DNA of 64,000 bases from an uncultured Chloroflexia bacterium (GCA_963819655.1 CAWFXA010000003.1:576001-640000); one strand, 5' to 3'; numbered from the stretch's first letter, positions 41,251 through 51,791 are shown. The notes: a model not told the origin generated them from the sequence alone. Numbers and translations are program-made.

Positions 41251-43176
41251 CTAGAGCTGCGCGATCACCCCGAGCGCGACCCGGAAACCCGCACGCCGTT
41301 GGAGCGGTGGCATGACCGTGCATTGGCCCAGCGGGGCGTCGACCGGGAACCAGCGGACCCACTCCTCGTTGAACTCGTCGAAGTCGGTCGGGTCCTTCAG
41401 CGACCAGTTCGCCCACACGACCTTCTCGAGCGAGCTCCCGACGCCCTCGAGCCGGTCGCTCAGGTTGGCCATGCACCGGCGGGTCTGATCCTTGACCGAT
41501 CCCGTGACGACCTGGCCGGTGTCGTGGTCGACCGGGCCGATCGACGAGACGTAGACCATGCCGCCCGCGACGACCGTGCGCCCGTCGCCGACCGGCACGG
41601 CCGTGAGCTCGGCCTGTGACGACGTCCGCGCGCCGAACCGGCTCTTCTTGGGCCGTGTCGGGTTGGCGGGGTCCTCTGGCGGGATGCCGAACTCGCCGGG
41701 AGGCAGCTCGACACCGGCCCGCTTGAACTGGCCCATGAAGCTCGGGCGGATGCCGGTCGGCTTCAGGGCGCCTTCGATCTTGCCGTCCTTGTACCCGGTC
41801 TGGACGAACGTGAAGATGTCCTGGGTGAGGATCTCGTCGTCCTCGATTCCGTAGATCTCGGTGATGTTGACGATCTTGCGCGAGCCGTCCTTGAGCCGCG
41901 CTGTGTGGACGATCAGGTCGACGGCCGAGGCGGTCTGCTCGCGGATCGCCCGCAGCGGCAGCTGGTAGCCGGTCATCAGGACCATCGTCTCGAGACGACG
42001 GAGCATGTCCTTGGGGCTGTTGGCGTGTCCGGTCGACAGGGACCCGTCGTGGCCGGTCGTCATGGCCTGGAGCATGTCGAGCGCCTCACCCGCACGGCAC
42101 TCGCCGACGATGATCCGGTCGGGTCGCATGTGCATCGCGTTGCGAAGCAGGCTCCGGATCGTGATCTCGCCCTCGCCTTCGAGGTTGGGCGGCCGCGACT
42201 CGAGGGTGATGACGTGATCCTGGCGGAGCTGGAGTTCGGCAGCATCTTCGATGGTGACGATCCGTTCGTCGTTGGGGATGAACGACGACAGCACGTTGAG
42301 CGTGGTGGTCTTGCCGGACCCGGTGCCACCCGAGACGAACAGGTTGAGGCGTGCCTCGATGCATGCGTGGAGGAAGGCGAACATGTCGGGCGTGGCTGTG
42401 CCGAACTTGATCAGATCATCGACCGTGTACGGCGTCTGGGCGAACTTGCGGACGGTGATGACCGGACCGACCAGCGACAACGGCTCGATGACGGCATTCA
42501 CGCGCGAGCCGTCGGGCAGACGGGCATCGACCCGCGGGCTGCTCTCGTCGATCCGCCGGCCGAGCGGGGTGATGATCCGGTCGATGACGCGGAGGACGTG
42601 CTCGTCATTGAGGAAGACGCTATCGATGCGCTCGATCTTCCCGCGCCGTTCGATGTAGATGTGGCTCGCACCGTTGACCATGACCTCGGTGATGGTCGGA
42701 TCGGCAAGCAGGGGCTCGAGCGGCCCGAAACCGGTCACGTCGTGGACCATCTCGCCGACCAGGCGCGATCGCTCCTCGCCGGTGACGGCGAACCCGAACT
42801 GGCCGATGACACGATCGACCAGCCCTTCGATCTTGCCTTGGACGTCGGCTTCCTTGGCGTCGAGCAGCGTCGCAAACGCCCCGACGACCTCGGTTTGCAG
42901 ACGAAGCCGGACTTCCCGGATGAGGTCGTCACGGACAGGCGCGGGCGCCGGCCTCAGGCCGCTCTGCACCGGGTGGGCCATGGGCACGGGAGCCAGGGGC
43001 CGCGATTCGTCAGTGACGACCGGCGACACCGACTGTGCCGCGACGAGCGCCACGTCGGCCGGTTGCGCTTCGCGAGATTCGGTGTCAGGAGCGTCGGTGC
43101 CGGGCGGTGCCGCCGCGGCCGCTTCCGAAGCCTTGATCGCTTGCTGCGCGCGCTCCATCCGTTGAAGCAGCGACAT
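41251..43176 (-). CDS. TadA/CpaF secretion ATPase fused to C-terminal Rid (YjgF/YER057c) domain
   Basis: [41 protein letters not shown]; C-terminal [23 protein letters not shown]...FNEEW. Confidence 0.9.
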   Translation of the reverse strand: MSLLQRMERAQQAIKASEAAAAAPPGTDAPDTESREAQPADVALVAAQSVSPVVTDESRPLAPVPMAHPVQSGLRPAPAPVRDDLIREVRLRLQTEVVGAFATLLDAKEADVQGKIEGLVDRVIGQFGFAVTGEERSRLVGEMVHDVTGFGPLEPLLADPTITEVMVNGASHIYIERRGKIERIDSVFLNDEHVLRVIDRIITPLGRRIDESSPRVDARLPDGSRVNAVIEPLSLVGPVITVRKFAQTPYTVDDLIKFGTATPDMFAFLHACIEARLNLFVSGGTGSGKTTTLNVLSSFIPNDERIVTIEDAAELQLRQDHVITLESRPPNLEGEGEITIRSLLRNAMHMRPDRIIVGECRAGEALDMLQAMTTGHDGSLSTGHANSPKDMLRRLETMVLMTGYQLPLRAIREQTASAVDLIVHTARLKDGSRKIVNITEIYGIEDDEILTQDIFTFVQTGYKDGKIEGALKPTGIRPSFMGQFKRAGVELPPGEFGIPPEDPANPTRPKKSRFGARTSSQAELTAVPVGDGRTVVAGGMVYVSSIGPVDHDTGQVVTGSVKDQTRRCMANLSDRLEGVGSSLEKVVWANWSLKDPTDFDEFNEEWVRWFPVDAPLGQCTVMPPLQRRAGFRVALGVIAQL

Positions 43177-43384
43177 GAACGGGACCTCCCCCTTGAGGCT
43201 GAGCCGAACATCCGGTATGCGTCGCCGGGCGTCCCCCCGACGGTCCTGGGTACTAGTGAGGATAGGCCAATCTTCCTATGCGGCGGGTTGCGCGAACGCA
43301 CCAAACAGCGGGAATGCGTTGCTCCGGGGAGACTCGTCGCCCGGTTAGGTGCAGCGTGATGCGGTTATCCCCTCCCCGAAGACG

Positions 43385-44365
43385 CTACGGCAGCACCACG
43401 ACCTTGCCGCGTGCGAGCCCGTCGTTGACGTGGCGGAGCGCCTCGACGACCTCGGTGAGCGGGTAGCGCCGGTCGATGAACGGCTTGAGGTGGCCGGCAG
43501 CGATCAGCTCCTTGAGCTTGTCCACGTCGGGCGGGTTGAATGGCTTCCACCACAGCACGAGCCCCGAGTAGCGGTCGCTGGCGAGTGACAGCGGCGGTCC
43601 CAGCAGCATCGCCTGGAGGAGCGGTCCTGACGTCCCGCCCAGCGTGACGTACACGCCGTCGGGCCGCAGCGCGCGACGCGCTCGGAGGATCGACTGATGG
43701 GAGTCCGTATCGAGGATCCAGTCGTACCGTTCGCCGGTCGTCGTGTAGTCGACCTGGGTGTAATCGATCACGTGGTCTGCGCCGAGCGAGCGGACGAAGT
43801 CCACTTTGGACGTACGGCACGCGCCGGTCACCTCGGCGCCCAACCACTTGGCGATCTGGACCGCGAACGGGCCGACGTTGCCCGATGCGCCGTTGATCAG
43901 CACCTTATCGCCAGGCCTAGGCGTTCGGCCCTTCCGCAGGCGCAGGCCTTGGAGAGCGAGGATCGCGGAATGCGGAAGCGTCGACGCGTCCTCGAAACTC
44001 ATGCCGACCGGCATCGACTCGAACTTCTTCTCCGGTGCGGACACGAACTCGGCGAATGTGCCCCCGACGTTGCCGAAGAGGTCGGCGAAGACCTCATCGC
44101 CCGGCTTGAAGCGGGTCACGTCTGGCCCGACAGCTTCGACCACGCCGGCGACGTCGATCCCGACGCTGGTGTTCCTCGGCGCTCGCAGGCCGATGAACAG
44201 ACGCACAAACCCTGGCCGCGGCGTCAGACCATCGAGGTCGGCCCGGTTGACCGACGCGGCGCGCACACGGACGAGCACCTGGTCATCGGTCGGTACGGGA
44301 CGCTCGACCTCCCGGATCTCGACGACCTCCGGCGGTCCGTAACGCTCGCAGATCGCGGCCTTCAT
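43385..44365 (-). CDS. NAD(P)-dependent MDR oxidoreductase (quinone oxidoreductase-like)
   Basis: VLINGASGNVGPFAVQIAK, LGADHVIDY, ARGKVVV. Confidence 0.92.
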   Translation of the reverse strand: MKAAICERYGPPEVVEIREVERPVPTDDQVLVRVRAASVNRADLDGLTPRPGFVRLFIGLRAPRNTSVGIDVAGVVEAVGPDVTRFKPGDEVFADLFGNVGGTFAEFVSAPEKKFESMPVGMSFEDASTLPHSAILALQGLRLRKGRTPRPGDKVLINGASGNVGPFAVQIAKWLGAEVTGACRTSKVDFVRSLGADHVIDYTQVDYTTTGERYDWILDTDSHQSILRARRALRPDGVYVTLGGTSGPLLQAMLLGPPLSLASDRYSGLVLWWKPFNPPDVDKLKELIAAGHLKPFIDRRYPLTEVVEALRHVNDGLARGKVVVLP

Positions 44366-45096
44366 GGTCTCTCCCAGACTGAGACGTGCTGACGGCTGTC
44401 GCTGGTGAACGGCTCGCGCTTCCAGCCGGCCCAGCGCTCGCGCACGCGCATGCCGGCCAGTTCCGCCATCAGGTCGAGCTCGGCGGGCCAGACGTAGCGG
44501 AAGGGGATCGACTGCAGCTCGATCCGTCCGTCGATGAGTCGGAAATGATGGGAGATCAGCCCCTGGTTCTCGATGTCGTACTCGTCGATCCCCCAGTGTT
44601 CGCCGCTCCAGTCGAAGACCTGGAACGTCTCGCCGGGCGGCAGGCGCTGAAGGCCGGGCACCCCGACCTCGATGACGAAACAGCCGCCGGGCTCGAGATG
44701 GGCAGCGACATTACGGAAGCAGGCCACCTGAGCGGCCTGGGTCGTCAGGTTCATGATGGTATTGCGGACGAGATAGGCGACCCTGAATGTGCCGTCGGCC
44801 TTTGCGGTCGCGAAGTCGCCGATCGTGACCGGGATCCGTGCCCCGTCTGGTTTCGCGTGCAGCCGCGCTGTCATCGCGCGCGACAGTTCGATCCCATGGA
44901 CCTCGACGCCGCGCTGTGCCAGCGGCAGCGCGATCCGACCGGTGCCGCTCCCGAGCTCCAGGGCGCGTCCGGTCCCGGCGAAGGCAGCGAGGAAGTCGAC
45001 GGCGGGCTCGACGACGGCCGGATCGAACAGGTGCGCCGTCGTCTCGTCGTAGGTCGCCGCAACACCCTCGCCGAAGTAGCCGTCCTGGTCCCGCAT
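44362..45096 (-). CDS. Class I SAM-dependent methyltransferase
   Basis: ALELGSGTGR, HLEPGGCFVIE. Confidence 0.92.
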   Translation of the reverse strand: MRDQDGYFGEGVAATYDETTAHLFDPAVVEPAVDFLAAFAGTGRALELGSGTGRIALPLAQRGVEVHGIELSRAMTARLHAKPDGARIPVTIGDFATAKADGTFRVAYLVRNTIMNLTTQAAQVACFRNVAAHLEPGGCFVIEVGVPGLQRLPPGETFQVFDWSGEHWGIDEYDIENQGLISHHFRLIDGRIELQSIPFRYVWPAELDLMAELAGMRVRERWAGWKREPFTSDSRQHVSVWERP

Positions 45097-45112
45097 CGGC
45101 CCGATCTACCCG

Positions 45113-46075
45113 CTAGCCGCGCGCGACTTCACGAAGGACTTTCCGTGGGTCCTTGCCGAGGTCGAAGCCCTTATACGCGGCCTGGCGAACGAGGCCGTCG
45201 CCCGTCCAGCCGGCGAACTCGGCGCGGATGACGAGCTCTGGTCGGAGCCAGAGGGCGTTCTTCGAGACGGCACGTGGCGGCGGCGATGCGAATGGTGGCC
45301 CGTCGGCCGCGAGGGGCGCCATCGCCGCGAGCAGCTCGGCGCGCCGGTCCTGCGTGAACCCGGCGCCGACCTTGCCGGCGTACTGCAACGCGCCGTCCTC
45401 GTAGACGCCGACAAGGAGCGCACCCAGATCGACCGCGGACCCGGTCCCGCGCGTCCAACCACCGACGACGAGTTCCTGCTCCGGCCGGATCTTGACCTTC
45501 TGCCACGTCATCGCGCGCTTCCCGGGGAGATATGGGGCGCGGCGATCCTTGGCCATGATCCCCTCGAGACCGCGTGGCTTGGCCGCTTCGAAGAACGCGA
45601 TCCCCTCCCCGGCGATGTCCTCGCTGAGCCGCACACGCGGATCGGGTCGAAGCACGTCCGCGAGGAGCCGGCGGCGGACCTCGAGGGGCTCGTCGAGCAG
45701 CGACCGACCGTCGAGGAACATCAGGTCGAAGACCTCGTAGACGAAAGGGTTGGCAGCGCCACCCCGCGAGCGGCCCTTGATCCGCTCCTGGAGAAGCGCG
45801 AAGTCGGGCTCGCCACGGTCGTCGAGGGCGATGACTTCGCCGTCCACGATGGCCTGCCTCGCGGAGATCCAGGTCGGAGGCTCGAGGAACGGCCCGAAGT
45901 ATCGCGTCGCGTCCTGCTGGCCCCGAGTCCACAGCCGGACATCGGTTCCGTCCACGACCGTCTCGACCCGGAAGCCGTCCCATTTGATCTCGAACGTCCA
46001 GTCGGGATCGTCGAATGGTGCGGCCACCAGGGTCGCCAACATTGGGGGGATGAAGTCGGGCATCGCGCTCTTCAC
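45113..46075 (-). CDS. ligD: ATP-dependent DNA ligase, LigD ligase module
   Basis: PMLATL, EIKWDGFR (motif I), VDGEV, FDLM, EGIMAK, WQKVK, GKVGAGF. Confidence 0.92.
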   Translation of the reverse strand: MKSAMPDFIPPMLATLVAAPFDDPDWTFEIKWDGFRVETVVDGTDVRLWTRGQQDATRYFGPFLEPPTWISARQAIVDGEVIALDDRGEPDFALLQERIKGRSRGGAANPFVYEVFDLMFLDGRSLLDEPLEVRRRLLADVLRPDPRVRLSEDIAGEGIAFFEAAKPRGLEGIMAKDRRAPYLPGKRAMTWQKVKIRPEQELVVGGWTRGTGSAVDLGALLVGVYEDGALQYAGKVGAGFTQDRRAELLAAMAPLAADGPPFASPPPRAVSKNALWLRPELVIRAEFAGWTGDGLVRQAAYKGFDLGKDPRKVLREVARG

Positions 46076-46165
46076 GTCGTCAGGGTAGTCCCGTCCACGT
46101 CGCTGTAGCAGACTCTGCAAACCGTGCGCGGTCAGCGAGGTTCGACCGCGCGCAAGGAGGTCGCC

Positions 46166-46600
46166 ATGTCTGGCCCGATCGTGTACGTCGACCGCTCGGA
46201 GATCGTGGAGGGTCGGCTCGATGAGTTGACGGCGCGGATCAGCGAGCTGGCAGCGCTAGTCGAGGCGGAGGAGCCGCGCATCATCTCGTACGCCGCGTAT
46301 CTCGATGAGGATCGCCGGGCGATCTCGGTGATCCATGTCCACGCCGACGCCGACTCGCTCACCACCCATTTCCGGGTGGCCGGCCCGGTGTTCCGGAACT
46401 TCGTCGAGCTCGTGCGGCTGCAGTCGATCGACGTGTACGGTGATCCGTCGGACGACGTCGTCGAACAGCTTCAGCAGAAGGCACGCCTGCTGGGCGGCGC
46501 CAGGGTCACCGTGCACCCGCAGCGAGACGGGCTTTGTCCGGCTTGGGCCCGTTGCGGTCCAGCGCGCGTCAGGAACCGTGTGACGCTGGAGGCGCAGTAG
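46166..46600 (+). CDS. Dimeric alpha-beta barrel (ABM-like) protein; 3' end probably frameshifted
   Basis: AAGGAGG RBS; VEAEEPRIISY, VHADADSL, IDVYGDPSD. Confidence 0.7.
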   Translation: MSGPIVYVDRSEIVEGRLDELTARISELAALVEAEEPRIISYAAYLDEDRRAISVIHVHADADSLTTHFRVAGPVFRNFVELVRLQSIDVYGDPSDDVVEQLQQKARLLGGARVTVHPQRDGLCPAWARCGPARVRNRVTLEAQ

Positions 46601-47481
46601 CCGAGGTCATCAAGCCACGGGCTGTGGCCCGCATCGGGCATGAGGACGAGCTCAGCGGTCCGGATCCGCGCCACGAGCCGCCGCGCCGTCTCGGCATCGC
46701 CGAACACGTCCCGTCCACCCCAGATGAAGAGCGTCGGGCAGGCCACCCGGGACAGGAGCTCGTCGCTCAGATCGAGAGCGGCGAGGCCGCGGATCGGCGA
46801 GATCAATGCTCGCGCTGGACCGATCTCATTGCGCATCGTGTCGGTGTGGCGAAGCATCGCGAGGTAGCAATCGAGATCTTCCTGGGTGATCCGGCCGTCC
46901 GTCAGCTTCGGCCCGTGGCCTAGCCGGCGGAACAACATGCGGACCGAGCGCTCGTTCGCCGGGAGCGAAGCCGCGAGACGACTCACGCCGGGAATGGTCA
47001 TCGCGCGCAGCGCCCACGGGAGATGTGCGATCGGGGCACCGACCGGCCAGCTGAACTGGACCATCCGGTCGATGCGGTCGGGAGTTGCCGCAGCCGTACG
47101 AAGCGCGATGTACCCGCCGAGTGACGTCGCCACGAGGTGGGTCGATGGCAGCTCGAGGGCGTCGAGGATGTCGACGACGAGCGTGTCGGCGATCTCGGGG
47201 AGGCTCGCCCGGTCGATGCGTCGTCGGATGGGCTGGCTCAGTCCGGTACCGGGTCGGTCGAGGATCAGGCAGCGAAAGCCATCGACCTTCGCCGCGAGCG
47301 TCGCCCAGCTCGCGCCGCTCGTGTTGGCACCGTGGATGAACAGGAGGGGCGGTCCGCTGCCGAGCTCCTGGATCCGCACATCGACGTCGTTGCGCTGGAG
47401 GTGGATCCACCGTTCGATCGGTTCGGCGTCGATGGATCGCCACAGCCGCTGCTCAGCCGCGCGGTAGGCAGGTTCATTCAC
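46471..47481 (-). CDS. Alpha/beta hydrolase
   Basis: FIHG, DRPGTGLS, ATSLGG, GHSPWLD. Confidence 0.9.
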   Translation of the reverse strand: MNEPAYRAAEQRLWRSIDAEPIERWIHLQRNDVDVRIQELGSGPPLLFIHGANTSGASWATLAAKVDGFRCLILDRPGTGLSQPIRRRIDRASLPEIADTLVVDILDALELPSTHLVATSLGGYIALRTAAATPDRIDRMVQFSWPVGAPIAHLPWALRAMTIPGVSRLAASLPANERSVRMLFRRLGHGPKLTDGRITQEDLDCYLAMLRHTDTMRNEIGPARALISPIRGLAALDLSDELLSRVACPTLFIWGGRDVFGDAETARRLVARIRTAELVLMPDAGHSPWLDDLGYCASSVTRFLTRAGPQRAQAGQSPSRCGCTVTLAPPSRRAFC

Positions 47482-47485
47482 CGTG

Positions 47486-47872
47486 TCACGAGGCGCCGAG
47501 CGCCACGATCAGGCTGGTGACGAGCATCACGATCGCGACCGGGACCCAGATCCGTCGCTCCCCCGCGCTTGGTGTGATCGCATTGAGCACCAGGCTCAGG
47601 GCTGAGAAAGCGACCACAGCCCAGATCAGCCCGGGCAACGTGCGCGCCATCGATGGCAGGACGAGGCCCGCCGCGGACAGCACGTAGACCGCGAGGGCGG
47701 CGAGCAGGACTGCCTGCCCGAGCGCAGATACGCGCATCGCTCGCGGCATCGTGCCCGGATACCTGCCCCCCATCGCGTACTCGCCCCACGGAGCACCGAG
47801 CGCCAGTGCGAGTTGGAACACCACCACACCGAAGGTGACGAGCGCAAACAGGACCGCGGCGACGGTGGTCAC
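47486..47872 (-). CDS. Small four-TM membrane protein
   Basis: FQLALALGAPWGEYAMGG, ERRIWVPV. Confidence 0.8.
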   Translation of the reverse strand: MTTVAAVLFALVTFGVVVFQLALALGAPWGEYAMGGRYPGTMPRAMRVSALGQAVLLAALAVYVLSAAGLVLPSMARTLPGLIWAVVAFSALSLVLNAITPSAGERRIWVPVAIVMLVTSLIVALGAS

Positions 47873-47914
47873 CTGCTCAGCGTAGCCGTCGGCATGAACG
47901 GCCGACGGGTGCCG

Positions 47915-48532
47915 TTAGCTCCGCTTCGTGCGTTTCGGGCGCCGACGCGCCGCCACGTCGTCGTTGGTGCGTCCCGTCTTGACGCTCTCCGGGTAGTCCT
48001 CGGGATCCCAGCCGGAGACGGCGTCGTCGTCGCGACGCTTGATGAGGAGCCACTGGTCCTTGCCGCCTTCGGACCATGCCATCCGGACGAGGACGAACGC
48101 GCCGCGCAGCTTGTCGCCCTCGAGGGTCACCTTCAGTTCGCCGTCCCGGATCGCCTTGGCCGCGTCCGGCGAATCGGGATCCGCGGTCCAGCGTCCCCAG
48201 TCCCAGACGATCACGTCGCCCGCACCGTATTGCTGGTTCGGGATGACGCCTTCGAAGTCGAAGTACTCGATCGGATGGTCCTCGACATGGACCGCCAGGC
48301 GGCGATGCCGCGGGTCCAGCGATGGACCACGCGGGATCGCCCACGACACCAGCACGCCGTCGATCTCGAGCCGGAAGTCGTAATGGAGACGGGTCGCTCG
48401 GTGGCGTTGGACGACGAAGCGTCCGCTCGTCGTCGCCGATCCGTCTTCACTGGAGCCGCCCTGGAGCGGCTCACCGCGCGGCTCGGGCGTCTGTCCGAAG
48501 CGACGCTTGCGCCGGTATGTGTCGAGCGGCAC
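47915..48532 (-). CDS. LigD 3'-phosphoesterase (PE) module, stand-alone
   Basis: YRRKRRFGQTPEP, FVVQRHRATRLHYDFRLE, SWAIPRGPS, EDHP, YGAGDVIVWD. Confidence 0.92.
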   Translation of the reverse strand: MPLDTYRRKRRFGQTPEPRGEPLQGGSSEDGSATTSGRFVVQRHRATRLHYDFRLEIDGVLVSWAIPRGPSLDPRHRRLAVHVEDHPIEYFDFEGVIPNQQYGAGDVIVWDWGRWTADPDSPDAAKAIRDGELKVTLEGDKLRGAFVLVRMAWSEGGKDQWLLIKRRDDDAVSGWDPEDYPESVKTGRTNDDVAARRRPKRTKRS

Positions 48533-48534
48533 CG

Positions 48535-49377
48535 TCAGGCGGGTTCCGACTCGCTCGGGCGCGCAGGAGCAGGACCTGTGGCCTCCAGGCGTCGGTAACC
48601 CCCGAATGCGACGATCGCGATCGCGATCACGGGCCACACAACGCCCCGGACGGCCCACGCGAGTCCGGGCTCGACGCCGCCAGAGATCGGAACGAGGCCG
48701 TTGAACAGCGCGTGCACCAGGGCCGCCATGAGCACGCTCCGACCTGTGCCGAGATACACCCATACGAGGACGACCGACATCGACATGATCTGGGTTGCCA
48801 TCGACCAATAGGCCGCACCGGCATTCATCTGGCCGGGCAGGAAGAGTCCGATGTGGATCAGCGTCCATGGGACGCCGAGGACGAGCGCTGTTCTCAGCGG
48901 GGACATGGTCGTCAGCGCCCTCGGGACGGCGAACCCGCGCCATGCCAGCTCTTCGGTGATCGCGGGCAGGAGCACCACGAGTGGCACGATCAGGATCGCG
49001 GGGAACAGCCCGTCGAACAGGCCAGCGACCGGCTCGCCGAGGGCGATGGCGACGATGTCGACGGCGAGAAAGGCAGCGAGCGGGAGGAGGAGCACGGCAT
49101 ACCAGATCGGTCTGCCTGGGAGGACGGTCATCTGGCGCAGGAGTTGGCGGACCGCTCCTCTGCCCTCCCGCCAGGCCAGACCGATCGCGATGACCGCTGG
49201 CGCGAGCGCGAGGGGGAACGCGAGGAGGTTAGGGTTCGAGCCGGTCGCCACGACGGCCACCGTCGCCGCGAAGGAGAACCCGAGGGTGATGCCGACGAAC
49301 CAGATGACGCTGGTGAACAGGTCGCGGCTGGACGGAACGGCATCGCCGCGCGCCGCGGTTGCGGTGTTCGTCGCCAT
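48535..49377 (-). CDS. CPBP (CAAX/Abi) intramembrane metalloprotease
   Basis: EELAWRGF, WTLIH, HALFN. Confidence 0.9.
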   Translation of the reverse strand: MATNTATAARGDAVPSSRDLFTSVIWFVGITLGFSFAATVAVVATGSNPNLLAFPLALAPAVIAIGLAWREGRGAVRQLLRQMTVLPGRPIWYAVLLLPLAAFLAVDIVAIALGEPVAGLFDGLFPAILIVPLVVLLPAITEELAWRGFAVPRALTTMSPLRTALVLGVPWTLIHIGLFLPGQMNAGAAYWSMATQIMSMSVVLVWVYLGTGRSVLMAALVHALFNGLVPISGGVEPGLAWAVRGVVWPVIAIAIVAFGGYRRLEATGPAPARPSESEPA

Positions 49378-49491
49378 GACGGGACCCTCCCCGGCCAAGC
49401 CGACTCGTCATCGAACGAGCCGGTGACGCACACCCAGCGTACGCTCCCGGTTCCACTCCACTCTGATCAACCAAGGAAGGATGGTTCGACG

Positions 49492-50085
49492 GTGAGGAGG
49501 ATCCACGTCAACAACAACGTCACGCTCGACGGCGTCATGCAGGCGCCCGGCCGGCCGGATGAGGACACGCGCGGCGGGTTCGAGTTCGGCGGGTGGGCTG
49601 GGCCCTATTTCGACCCGGTCATGGCGGAATCGGCCGGTGAAGGCATGGCCGGCCGTGGCGCCATGCTGTTCGGGCGACGCACGTACGAGGACTTCGCAAC
49701 GGTGTGGCCGAACATGCCGGACGACAACCCGTTCGCCACGTTCCTCAACGAGTCCGAGAAGTTCGTCGTATCGCGCAGCCTCAAGGAGCCCCTCCCGTGG
49801 GCGCATTCGACGCTGCTCGAGGGAAACGCTGTCGAGTCGGTGGCGCGTCTGAAGGACAGCGACGGTCCGGACCTCGTGATCCTCGGCAGCGGCGAGCTGA
49901 TCCGGTCGCTCTTGCCCCATCGCCTGATCGATGAGATCCGGTTGCTGATCCACCCGCTCGTGCTCGGGAAAGGACGCCGCCTGTTCGAGGACGGCGACAC
50001 CTACGCCCGGTTCGAGCTCGTCGACACGAAGCCGACGACGACAGGCGTGATCATCGCGACGTATCGACCCGAGACCGCCGCCTAG
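49492..50085 (+). CDS. RibD-C/dihydrofolate reductase family protein
   Basis: VTLDGVMQAPG, LFGRRTY, PLVLGKGRRLF. Confidence 0.92.
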   Translation: MRRIHVNNNVTLDGVMQAPGRPDEDTRGGFEFGGWAGPYFDPVMAESAGEGMAGRGAMLFGRRTYEDFATVWPNMPDDNPFATFLNESEKFVVSRSLKEPLPWAHSTLLEGNAVESVARLKDSDGPDLVILGSGELIRSLLPHRLIDEIRLLIHPLVLGKGRRLFEDGDTYARFELVDTKPTTTGVIIATYRPETAA

Positions 50086-51014
50086 ATCGAGGCGGCCTCA
50101 CGCGCGGAATCGATCGCCTGACGAGCTTCGGCGGCTCCGGTGGTGATCCGATCGACCGCGTGGTCGACGCCCTGCCGACCGAAGACGACCGACTCGGCAC
50201 GGCCGTAGGCGGCGAGCATGTTGCGGACGAGTCGTGCCGGCTCGCTCGGGACGTGCCCGATCATCGCGAACGTCTTCTCGGCCTGGATGCCGTGCTCGCG
50301 GAGATGCGAAGCCCAGCGGCCCAGACGGAAGCCGACCGTCACGGGGAAACCCGACCACCGGGCGCCGCGCTCGAGCCGATCGTCCGGCAGGCCGGCCAGG
50401 CGCTCGGCGCTGAGATCGAGGATCGCGTCAAGGCGCGCACGTAGGTCGTCCAGGGCGCCTCTGGCCTCGGTCGTGGCCTCGTCGGGCAGCGCGGCCCAGA
50501 AGGCGTCGGGTGCGCCCTTCGGTAGTGCCGGGTCGTTCGCGTCGTGGTCGTGCGTCTGCCACCAGGCCGTGCCCCAGCCATATGCGCGCTGGCTGGAGAT
50601 GACATGCCCGAGGGTCAGGCGGATCGACCACTCCCCTCCCCCTGGATCGGCGTCGAGCAGCGCGTCGTCGAGCGGCAGCAGGATCCCGTGGAGATCCCAC
50701 CGTGCCGCCGTCGCCGGACCGACGATCCGCGCAGCGTGTCGCTCGCTAGCCTCCGTGGCAGCGACTACGCTACGAGCCTCGAGCTCGGCCTGCTCGAGCG
50801 CCTCGGCAGCCCGGTAGGCCCCGTATCGCACCTCCTCCTCGCTGCCACCTTTCCACGTCCAGGTCTTCGTCAGCGCCTCCTCCGGGATGGTCAACAGATC
50901 GCGAGCGGCGGCGAGGATGTCGCTCCTGGCGGCGGTCAGACCGGGTGGCAGGCGTCGCGCGAGCGACGGATCGGTGTTGTCGAGCAGCGGGGCGTCGAGG
51001 GTCGTATCGGTCAT
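50082..51014 (-). CDS. DinB/YfiT-like protein
   Basis: PGGGEWSIRLTLGHV, ASHLREHGIQ. Confidence 0.7.
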   Translation of the reverse strand: MTDTTLDAPLLDNTDPSLARRLPPGLTAARSDILAAARDLLTIPEEALTKTWTWKGGSEEEVRYGAYRAAEALEQAELEARSVVAATEASERHAARIVGPATAARWDLHGILLPLDDALLDADPGGGEWSIRLTLGHVISSQRAYGWGTAWWQTHDHDANDPALPKGAPDAFWAALPDEATTEARGALDDLRARLDAILDLSAERLAGLPDDRLERGARWSGFPVTVGFRLGRWASHLREHGIQAEKTFAMIGHVPSEPARLVRNMLAAYGRAESVVFGRQGVDHAVDRITTGAAEARQAIDSAREAASI

Positions 51015-51068
51015 GTGTCGGAGTGTACGGACTGCGATGCGACCACGACGACACGGCCATGCGGCACC

Positions 51069-51791
51069 ATGAGCACCATGACGACGCAGATCGAGCCGGC
51101 TCATATCGCCGCCTCGCCGGTCCCACCGGCCAGTCCGGCATCACCTCCGACGCCGGCCGATGTCGCATGGGTGGCCGCCATCACCGCGGCCAAGGCGTGC
51201 GTCGTCGCACTGGCCCTCGACGCGTTCCTCAACTCGAGCTCTCCGCGGTACAGCGGCAAGGCGATGCGCATCAGGGCCATCGGCTACGCCGGGGGAATGC
51301 TGCTCGTGCCGATCGCCTGGCGGCTGCGCGGCCGTCCCCAACCATATCCGCGCGAGCTCGACATGGCCGTGACACTGCCGCTGCTGGTCGATGCCGGGGG
51401 AAACGCGATCGGCATCTACCAGCGCGCGCACGTCGACGACCTGATCCACTTCGCCGACGGCGCCACAGTGGCGTCAGTAGTCGGTGCGCTCGCGACACCA
51501 CGGGTGAAGACCTCGTGGGAAGCGGCCGGGGTCGCGACCATGGCCGGCATCGCGGCCGCCGGGCTGTGGGAGATCGGCGAGTGGGTCGGCTTGAAACTCG
51601 GCGCGAAAGGCATGGACCTGACGTACGACGACACCATCACCGACCTCGCCGAGACCGCGGCCGGAGCGCTGCTCGGCGGCGTCGTGACGCTACTTCGGCA
51701 CCCGTCGCGCCTGCGCAAGGTGCCGGGGCGTCCCACGGACCCCGTTGTGAAACTCTCCAAGGACGGCGAGCCGGCTCCTAACGAAAAGTGA
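51069..51791 (+). CDS. Membrane protein (DUF2238/VanZ-like)
   Basis: DDLIHF, LWEIGEW, DDTITDL with TM helices. Confidence 0.65.
   Translation: MSTMTTQIEPAHIAASPVPPASPASPPTPADVAWVAAITAAKACVVALALDAFLNSSSPRYSGKAMRIRAIGYAGGMLLVPIAWRLRGRPQPYPRELDMAVTLPLLVDAGGNAIGIYQRAHVDDLIHFADGATVASVVGALATPRVKTSWEAAGVATMAGIAAAGLWEIGEWVGLKLGAKGMDLTYDDTITDLAETAAGALLGGVVTLLRHPSRLRKVPGRPTDPVVKLSKDGEPAPNEK

Noticed and set aside
48322-50085. 587-aa DHFR fusion ORF
   Set aside because: The N-terminal ~390 aa are antisense to the CPBP and PE genes; the real gene starts at GTG 49492
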